Source of the DNA: Frankiales bacterium
Lineage (GTDB): Bacteria; Actinomycetota; Actinomycetes; Mycobacteriales; SCTD01
Reading direction: 5' to 3'
Assembly (NCBI GenBank): GCA_031416735.1
Contig: JANOTZ010000070.1
Location: 1-49,599, forward strand
DNA length: 49,599 bases
Shown here: positions 37,892-44,335 of the stretch, piece after piece
How positions within the stretch are numbered: position 1 is the stretch's first letter
Layout: each line of letters opens with the position of its first letter
Made by a program: the position numbers and the translations under genes
Notes under the pieces: generated by a model
The model's input: only the letters and a program-made list of their open reading frames with translations
Database searches by the model: none
Told to the model about the DNA's origin: nothing

Positions 37892-38509
37892 ATGGCCGTC
37901 GAGGACCTCGAAGGGCTCTGGGAAAGCGTCTTCCGGACAAAGGACCCGACCCTCCTCAGCTGGTACGAGCCCCAGCCGTCCGCCACGCTGACGCTCTTCG
38001 CGGACGCCGGAATCGGACCGGGAGCCGCGGTGGTCGATGTCGGGGGCGGTGCCTCGACCCTGGTCGACGTGTTGCTGGACAGAGGTTTTCGCGACGTCAC
38101 AGTGCTCGACATCTCCCCAGCTGCGCTGGATGTGGCGCGCGCGCGAACGGGTCACCTCACCGGCTCCCACTGGATCGTCACCAACCTCCTGCAGTGGGAC
38201 CCCGGCAGGCAGTACGACGTCTGGCACGACCGGGCGGTCTTCCACTTCCTCATCGAGCAGCGTGATCGCGATCGCTATCGGCAGGTGCTGTCCGCGGCCC
38301 TGCGCCCAGGGGGGCACGTCGTGATCGGCACCTTCTCACCGCGTGGTCCGACCAGCTGTTCCGGGCTTCCCGCCGCCCGCTACGACGCTGACCAACTGAG
38401 CGCAGAGCTCGGAGAGGAGTTTCAGGTTCTCGCGTCCCGGGTCATCCCGCACACCACACCCGACGGGCGGCAGCAGGAGTTCACCTGGGTCGCCGCGCGC
38501 CGGTTGTGA
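37892..38509 (+). CDS. Class I SAM-dependent methyltransferase
   Basis: 205 aa. Motif I VVDVGGGASTLVDVLLDRG. DISPAAL. Post-I acidic residue. Confidence 0.85.
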   Translation: MAVEDLEGLWESVFRTKDPTLLSWYEPQPSATLTLFADAGIGPGAAVVDVGGGASTLVDVLLDRGFRDVTVLDISPAALDVARARTGHLTGSHWIVTNLLQWDPGRQYDVWHDRAVFHFLIEQRDRDRYRQVLSAALRPGGHVVIGTFSPRGPTSCSGLPAARYDADQLSAELGEEFQVLASRVIPHTTPDGRQQEFTWVAARRL

Positions 38510-38518
38510 GCAACGCCG

Positions 38519-39769
38519 TCAGGACAGAGCGGCGGCGAACTTCACCGGGTCAAAGGTGACGGAAGCATCGAGCACCCGACCGTCGAGGCGAAGCTCGGGC
38601 GTCCCGACGTTGCCGTCCCGGGACGCGCGGTCGTCGACGACCCCGGCCCACCGTGCGTACTTCTGGGTCTTCACCGCCTCCTTGAAGGTGGTGCTCTCCA
38701 GGCCCACCCCGGCACCGAGGTCCAGCAGGTCCGCCACCGTGTAGCCGCCGGTGTGCTCCTGCGGCTGGTGGGCGAACATCGTCTCCAGGTACTCGACGAA
38801 CCGACCCTCGTCAGCTGCCGCCCCGAGCGCCGCCACCGCGCGCACCGACTCCGGTCCGAGGAAGCTGCGCATCCGGTAGTCCACGCGCACCGTCCCCTGC
38901 GCGACGGCCTGCGCGAGCACCGGACCGCTGACCTCCTCGAACCGCGCACATGCCGGGCACTGTGGATCCTCGAAGACCACGAGCTGGTGCTTCGCGGTCG
39001 GCGAGCCGACGAGCACCCCGCCGGCCGATGTGACGCCCGCCGGGACCTGAAGCTCCCCCGACGCCTTTGATGTGCCGTCCACGGTCATCCCCAGCACCGA
39101 GGCGAGCACGACCAGCACGACGGCGACAAGCCGGTGCATCCGCAACCGTTGCTCCACCCTCGCCTGTACGGCGGAATGGCGGGCCATCAGGGCGCGGTGC
39201 CGTCGCTGCTCGGTGGCGGTGGCGGTGGCGGTGGCGGTGGCGGTGGCCGTACTCGCTGGGAGGGGGGGTGCGGGCGAGGGGTCGAGCGCCATCCGGGACC
39301 GTCCGAGGACCGCGACCCCGATGGCCACCGCAAGCAGGGCGCCGTCGCGCATCAGCTCCAGGGCGAACTTGGGGTCGTCGGTCGGGCCACCACCGCCGAA
39401 GCAGCCACAGTCGATCTTCAGGCCGCGGGCCGCGGCGCTCACGATGCCGACGAAGAACATGCCCATCAGCACCGCGGTGAGGGAGGCGGAGAGACGGACG
39501 GCCACCCCGAGCAGCAGCAGCACCGCGACCGCCAGCTCGAAGGCAGGAAGGGCATGGCCGACCGGCACAGCGAGCCACTCGGGCAGCAGCTGGTAGGCAC
39601 GGACCGCCCGGACCGTCGCCGCCGGATCACCGATCTTGGTGAGGGCGGCGTAGCCGAGGACCCCTGCGAGCAGGATCCGGCCGGCTAGCGACAGCCAGCC
39701 GAGGAGATCGAAGGAGGGCTTGCCATCCACGGGAGGGGCGGCTGTGCGGGTTGGGGCACTGGTGGTCAC
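38519..39769 (-). CDS. MauE/DoxX-like membrane domain fused to DsbA-type thioredoxin-fold oxidoreductase
   Basis: 416 aa. N-terminal 4-TM with CGCFGG motif. (Ala-Thr)6 linker. One further TM. C-terminal FEDPQCPACARFE (CxxC) DsbA-like domain. Confidence 0.8.
   Translation of the reverse strand: MTTSAPTRTAAPPVDGKPSFDLLGWLSLAGRILLAGVLGYAALTKIGDPAATVRAVRAYQLLPEWLAVPVGHALPAFELAVAVLLLLGVAVRLSASLTAVLMGMFFVGIVSAAARGLKIDCGCFGGGGPTDDPKFALELMRDGALLAVAIGVAVLGRSRMALDPSPAPPLPASTATATATATATATEQRRHRALMARHSAVQARVEQRLRMHRLVAVVLVVLASVLGMTVDGTSKASGELQVPAGVTSAGGVLVGSPTAKHQLVVFEDPQCPACARFEEVSGPVLAQAVAQGTVRVDYRMRSFLGPESVRAVAALGAAADEGRFVEYLETMFAHQPQEHTGGYTVADLLDLGAGVGLESTTFKEAVKTQKYARWAGVVDDRASRDGNVGTPELRLDGRVLDASVTFDPVKFAAALS
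39212..39247. repeat. Perfect hexanucleotide microsatellite (GGTGGC)6 inside the MauE-DsbA gene
   Basis: Encodes (Ala-Thr)6, residues 175-186 on the minus strand. Coordinates agree with codon arithmetic from the ORF track. Confidence 0.95.
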
Positions 39770-39804
39770 GGGTTTCTCCAGGAAGTCGACCGCGGGGCCG
39801 GTGC

Positions 39805-40494
39805 TCAGCGAGCGACGGGGCCGCGCAGGTAATGGACGGAAGGGCGAGCGGGCGGAACGAACCCGACCCGGGGCGGCCCCCTTCGGTGCACGGCGCCGCC
39901 GACGTCCCGCCCCGCACCGGGTGCGATCGTCGTCCTCTCACCGAGGCAGGGCTGGCGCAGGATGTAGGGCGGCCTGGTCACCCTGAGTGGGGCGACACCC
40001 GGGAGGACCTTCCCGATCGCCCTGGCGAGCACCTCCGCCAACCCTTGGAGGGCGCCCTGAGCGGCCTTCCAGGAGGCCGCGAAGACCAGAGCGGTGCCGG
40101 CCTGGACGGCGAGAAGCAGCCAGCCCGCTTGGGCAGTGAGGGCGGCGAGCCCGCCTCCATGCGTCGGCATGGGCACGGCCGGGCAGCAGACCAGTCCTGC
40201 CGCACCCCCGTTCCCGAAGCTGCCGGTGGTGGCGACCGACACGAGCAGGTGTCCCAGGACCTGGGTGGCAAGCAGCAGGCCGAACAGCAACGACAGCCGC
40301 CGGCGACGGCGGGTCAGCGGCCAGAACAGGAGGGTCAGCAGCACCAAGACAGCGACAGTGCTGGCCAGACCTGGGGCGGCACTGTCGCTGTCGGCCCGAA
40401 GGACCTGCGCCGTGCTGACGGCCATCGTGGCGGCGAGCAGCGCAAGAACTGCGCGCATCAGCCCCAGCAGCTCAGCCACCACTCTCCTAGTCAC
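39805..40494 (-). CDS. Hypothetical membrane protein
   Basis: 229 aa. Several hydrophobic helices. HLLVSVATTGSFGNGGAAGLVCCPAVPMPTH segment. Lies 35 nt upstream of the MauE-DsbA gene on the same strand. No family recognised. Confidence 0.5.
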   Translation of the reverse strand: MTRRVVAELLGLMRAVLALLAATMAVSTAQVLRADSDSAAPGLASTVAVLVLLTLLFWPLTRRRRRLSLLFGLLLATQVLGHLLVSVATTGSFGNGGAAGLVCCPAVPMPTHGGGLAALTAQAGWLLLAVQAGTALVFAASWKAAQGALQGLAEVLARAIGKVLPGVAPLRVTRPPYILRQPCLGERTTIAPGAGRDVGGAVHRRGPPRVGFVPPARPSVHYLRGPVAR

Positions 40495-40594
40495 CAGTAT
40501 CGGTCAGAAACCTGCTTCCTCCTTGAGCATCGGCAGGTTGTGGCGAAGAGGTAACACCAAGGTGGACAGGTCAGCAGTGCCGTGGGGCCCAGGG

Positions 40595-42370
40595 TCAGAC
40601 TCGGAGAGTCACCGCAGCAGGGGGCGTGTCCGGGACGACCGGCGGCTTGCCGAGCACGAGGAACGCTTCCGCGCGCAGCGCAGCGAGGGCGACCCGCGGC
40701 AGCTCCCGGGTGCCGGGATAACAGAGGTAGCGAGGGACCCACTCCGGCGCGAACTTCGCGTTGAACCGGTACAGCTGCTCGATCTGCCACCACCTGGAAC
40801 CCAGGAGCAGGACACGTCGCCAGGCCCGCGCGATCGGACCCGCACCAAGCTCTGCACCGCGCTCCAGAGCTGAGCGGAAGACCGCGAAGTTCAGCGACAC
40901 CCGGTGCACCCCGACCGCCGGCGCGGCGTGGAGGAGCGCGACAATCATGGCCTCGTTGACGCCGTTGTCGGCCTCACGATCGCGTCGCATGAGGTCCAAC
41001 GACAGGCCGGTCTTCCCCCACGGCGCGAAGTGCAGCAAGGCCCGCAGCTCACCGGTCTCGTCCCGCGCCGTGACCAGGACCGCGTCCCGGTCGCGCGGGT
41101 CACCGAGGCGACCGAGCGCCATCGAGAATCCGCGCTCCACCTCCCCCGCCCGCCACTGCTGCGACGCCTCGCGGACGGTGCGCCAACCCTCGGCGTCGAC
41201 GCTGCCAGCTCGCCGTACCTCGATCCGGTATCCCGCCCGCTCCACCCGGCTGACCGCCTGACGGACACCACGCATCGACCGTCCTTCCAGGCTGAACGCA
41301 GCGACGTCGACGACCGCCTCATCGCCGAGCTCGAGGACGTCGAGTCCGGCCTTGGACCAGTCGCCACCGGCCCGCTCACCGCAACCCATGACCGCCGGCA
41401 CCCACGCATGGCGGGCCGTCGCCGACAGGAAGGCTTCGATCGCCTGGGGCCAGGCATCCGGGTCGCCCAGGGGATCTCCCGCCACGAGGGCGACCCCACC
41501 CACCACCCGATAGGAGATGGCGGCACGCGCCGTGGGGGAGGTGACCAGATCGCGGTCGTCCCGGGTGGCGAACCATCCCAGCGAGTCATGCTCTCCGTGC
41601 TCCGCGAGCAGCCGGACCAGCGTCGCCTCCTCGTCCGCGGTGCGAGAGGGGTGCTTGCGCGGTCGGGCCAGCAGCATCACCAGCACCGCGATCAAGGTGA
41701 TGGCGCCGAGCCCTGCAAGGACCGAGGGGACGAGCTTGCCGGCATCGGGCTCGTGGAAATTCAGGGGCCCGCGAACCCCGACGAGTCCGAGAAGGACGTG
41801 GTGAACCCGTCGACCCAGCGAGGGCTCCCCCACCAGCTCGTCGTTGTTGGTGAGCAGCAGAAGCAGACCGAGACCGACGTCGAGCACCGACAGACCGAGC
41901 AGCCAGGGCAAGGTCCGATAGCGCCGCCCGCCTTCGGTCGCGGCGCCGAACTCTCGGCGGGTGACCAGCAGCAGGACCGCGAGCCCGGCGGTGAGGGTGG
42001 CCTCCTCGACGTCGAGGCCCTTCAACAGGTGCAGGGCGGTGGCGGCCACCGACACCCCGAGACCAGTGGCCCAGGCGGCGCGCTGTCGGCGGCGCAGACC
42101 CGCGGCGAGCAGCATCAACGCGATTCCCGCGGCCGCGGTGGTGCCCGCGGCGAGACTGGTGGTGGTGCTGCCGACCACGTCGGTGAGTCTGATCAGCCGA
42201 CCACGTTGGGCGGGCAGCAAGGCGCTCAACACGGAGAGCAGGCCGACGAGCCACACGACGAGCGCGACCACTCTCGGGACACTTTCGCCACTGCGCTGCA
42301 GCGCCGCGACCCAGGCCGCGCCCGAAGACTCGGTGACGTGCCTCTTGCCCGAGCCTGCGCTCACATCCAC
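40595..42370 (-). CDS. MprF/LysX-type phosphatidylglycerol lysyltransferase-domain (DUF2156) membrane protein
   Basis: 591 aa (GTG start). N-terminal multi-TM region. C-terminal domain with GDPLGDPDAW...RGFSMALGRL...LHFAPWGKTGLSLDLMRR...NGVNEAMI...YRFNAKFAPEWVPRYL. Confidence 0.8.
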   Translation of the reverse strand: MDVSAGSGKRHVTESSGAAWVAALQRSGESVPRVVALVVWLVGLLSVLSALLPAQRGRLIRLTDVVGSTTTSLAAGTTAAAGIALMLLAAGLRRRQRAAWATGLGVSVAATALHLLKGLDVEEATLTAGLAVLLLVTRREFGAATEGGRRYRTLPWLLGLSVLDVGLGLLLLLTNNDELVGEPSLGRRVHHVLLGLVGVRGPLNFHEPDAGKLVPSVLAGLGAITLIAVLVMLLARPRKHPSRTADEEATLVRLLAEHGEHDSLGWFATRDDRDLVTSPTARAAISYRVVGGVALVAGDPLGDPDAWPQAIEAFLSATARHAWVPAVMGCGERAGGDWSKAGLDVLELGDEAVVDVAAFSLEGRSMRGVRQAVSRVERAGYRIEVRRAGSVDAEGWRTVREASQQWRAGEVERGFSMALGRLGDPRDRDAVLVTARDETGELRALLHFAPWGKTGLSLDLMRRDREADNGVNEAMIVALLHAAPAVGVHRVSLNFAVFRSALERGAELGAGPIARAWRRVLLLGSRWWQIEQLYRFNAKFAPEWVPRYLCYPGTRELPRVALAALRAEAFLVLGKPPVVPDTPPAAVTLRV

Positions 42371-42404
42371 CTGATCCCACTGCTCGCCCCGGACTCCACC
42401 TGCC

Positions 42405-42448
42405 GGACGAAAGCATGCCTCATCGGGTCGGCGAGATGGCTTTCGTCC
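42405..42448. repeat. Perfect 10-bp inverted repeat with 24-nt spacer between csbD-like stop and mprF-like start
   Basis: GGACGAAAGC (42405-42414) / GCTTTCGTCC (42439-42448). Confidence 0.8.
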
Positions 42449-42497
42449 AAGCGGGGGAGCCCGGGGCAGCGGGCTGGCTGGCGCTAGGTGAACAGAC

Positions 42498-42668
42498 CTA
42501 CTTGAAGACGTCCTTGACCTTCTCGCCGGCCTGCTTCAGGTTGCCGCTGACCTGGTCCTTCTTGCCCTCGGCCTGCAGGCTGTCGTCGCCCGTGGCCTTG
42601 CCGAAGGCTTCCTTGGCATCGCCAGCAAGCTCCTGGCCCTTGTTCTTCATCTTGTCGATGGCGCTCAT
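42498..42668 (-). CDS. CsbD-family general stress protein (56 aa; below the ORF-track length cut-off)
   Basis: Hand translation: MSAIDKMKNKGQELAGDAKEAFGKATGDDSLQAEGKKDQVSGNLKQAGEKVKDVFK*. GGGAGAT lies 4 nt upstream of the ATG. Classic CsbD pattern. Confidence 0.8.
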   Translation of the reverse strand: MSAIDKMKNKGQELAGDAKEAFGKATGDDSLQAEGKKDQVSGNLKQAGEKVKDVFK

Positions 42669-42776
42669 GCTGATCTCCCGTCCGCGGAAAAGCGATTCGG
42701 CGGGCGCCGAACCACCGATCCCCTACCCCGGAGCTCGCGTTCCAAGCACCGTCGATTCCCGACGCCAGCAACACCT

Positions 42777-43226
42777 TTAGTTGAGGCGGTCCGGGACGAT
42801 CTCGGGGACCCGGGTCTTGCGTGGCTTGATCGCAGCATCGAGGAAGGACCCGAGGCTCTGGTCGGTGACGGAGGCCCGCAGCTCGTCGAGCACCAGCAGG
42901 CGCTTCGCCTGTTGGTCGCGCAGGTCGTTGAGCTCCACGACGAGTGCGTCGATCCGCTCGGACAGCGAACTGACCGCGCGGACCTCTGCGTCGATGGAGC
43001 CGAGGTAGGTCCGCAGCCCACCGGCGAGGTCGATGGTGCCGGCCGCCGGTGCGGTCGCCATCACCTCATCGGGGGCGGACCGCCGTACAGGAGTCGAAAC
43101 CGCCTTCCGGGCACGCGCGGGCTTCGCCGTCGACCTGGTGGCCTTCGCCGTCGACTTGCTGGGCTTGCGAACTGCGCCCTTGGTTGCGGCCTTGGGTGCG
43201 GCCTTGCGGGGAGGGGGCATGGTCAT
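42777..43226 (-). CDS. Hypothetical protein with Lys/Ala/Pro-rich histone-tail-like N-terminus and coiled-coil C-terminal half
   Basis: ORF 42777..43604. ATG at 43226, or 43220 (GAAAGGGA upstream); 149 aa. PPPRKAAPKAATKGAVRKPSKSTAKATRSTAKPARARKAV followed by a heptad-like helical region. Confidence 0.6.
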   Translation of the reverse strand: MTMPPPRKAAPKAATKGAVRKPSKSTAKATRSTAKPARARKAVSTPVRRSAPDEVMATAPAAGTIDLAGGLRTYLGSIDAEVRAVSSLSERIDALVVELNDLRDQQAKRLLVLDELRASVTDQSLGSFLDAAIKPRKTRVPEIVPDRLN

Positions 43227-43338
43227 CCCTTTCGTTGCGCTCGGAGCGTTCACGCCTACGTGATAGTCGCAGGATCTGGCCTCCACTGCCCGCGGGCGAG
43301 AAATTCGGGACGTTCGTGGTGCTCCGGCACGCACCCTC

Positions 43339-43352
43339 GGGACCTCGGACCC
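43339..43352. promoter_or_regulatory. Candidate DosR-type site (reverse complement GGGTCC-GA-GGTCCC) upstream of USP-3
   Basis: Lies 81-94 nt upstream of the USP-3 ATG. A further TTCGGGAC half-site sits at 43304-43311. Confidence 0.3.
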
Positions 43353-43432
43353 GGTGCGGGGTGTCGTGCGGCCCTGCCGGTCGAGCTTCCTGATGGAACA
43401 GGCTGGACATCCGAGACGAAAGGAGTTGGGCC

Positions 43433-44335
43433 ATGCGCGAGATCGTGGTGGGCGTCGATGCCTCGGTCGCCTCCGAACGGGCCATGGACTGGGCCTTAGG
43501 TGAGGCGCAGAGTTCGGGACGCCCTGTCCGGGCGGTCCATGCCTGGAGCACACCCCTCTGGACGGGCGTTGGTCCCGGGTTCGGACCCATAGCGCTCGGT
43601 ACACCGACCGACGGCGCCGAGATCGCCAAGGGGTTGTTGGAGGATCTGGTCGCCAAGGGACTGAGCCGCTGCCCGTCGGGTCCTCCGGTCACGGTGCATC
43701 CGGAGTTGCGGGCCGGCGACCCGGGCCGAGCCCTGGTCAGCGCCTCCGAGGACGCCGGACTCCTCGTCGTCGGTGGCCGAGGCCACGGCTTCGTCAGGAA
43801 CGCTGTGCTGGGATCGGCGACGTCGTACGTCCTGCACCACGCGCAGTGCCCGGTGATGGTGGTGCCGGAGACCGGCCCCCCACGTGCTCGAATCGCGCGG
43901 GTCATCGTCGGGGTGGACGGCTCCCCGAGCTCGCGCACCGCCCTCCGGTGGGGACTGGACGCGGCTCGACGCGCGGACTGCCCCCTCATCGCACTGCACT
44001 GCTGGCTCCTCACGACTCTCCCGAGCCGGCCGCCGATGCAGTACGTGCCGCCGCTGTCGGCATACGAGTCCGAGGCACGCTCGTGGCTTGAGCAGGAGGT
44101 GACCGCGGCCTTGCCGGACACGCAGCAGATCGACGTACACACTGAGCTGTCGCACAGCGGCGCCGCCTCAGGGCTGCTGGACATGACCCTGGCTGATGAC
44201 CTTCTCGTCGTCGGCTCCCGCGGCCATGGAGGCTTCGCCAGCCTCGTGCTCGGTTCTGTGGCGACCCAGTGCTCCCGGCACGCGCGTGGCGTGGTCGTGG
44301 TGGTGCGGGCGGACCAGGAACGCCTGGACCAGTGA
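43433..44335 (+). CDS. Universal stress protein, tandem USP domains (USP-3)
   Basis: 300 aa. GAAAGGAG RBS. LLVVGGRGHGFVRNAVLGSATSYVLHHAQCPVMVV and LLVVGSRGHGGFASLVLGSVATQCSRHARGVVVVV. Close paralogue of USP-2. Confidence 0.9.
   Translation: MREIVVGVDASVASERAMDWALGEAQSSGRPVRAVHAWSTPLWTGVGPGFGPIALGTPTDGAEIAKGLLEDLVAKGLSRCPSGPPVTVHPELRAGDPGRALVSASEDAGLLVVGGRGHGFVRNAVLGSATSYVLHHAQCPVMVVPETGPPRARIARVIVGVDGSPSSRTALRWGLDAARRADCPLIALHCWLLTTLPSRPPMQYVPPLSAYESEARSWLEQEVTAALPDTQQIDVHTELSHSGAASGLLDMTLADDLLVVGSRGHGGFASLVLGSVATQCSRHARGVVVVVRADQERLDQ

Noticed and set aside
40904-42487. 527-aa plus-strand ORF
   Set aside because: It is antisense to the MprF-like gene and is rich in Arg/Gly/Asp/His.
42686-42711. 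TTCGGCG-GG-CGCCGAA hairpin followed by TCGCTTTTCC on the minus strand as a terminator of the 42777-43226 gene
   Set aside because: After allowing a viable loop, only 6 bp or so of stem remain. It also ends only about 18 nt before the csbD-like start, leaving no room for a separate promoter. It remains a possibility but is not reported as a feature.
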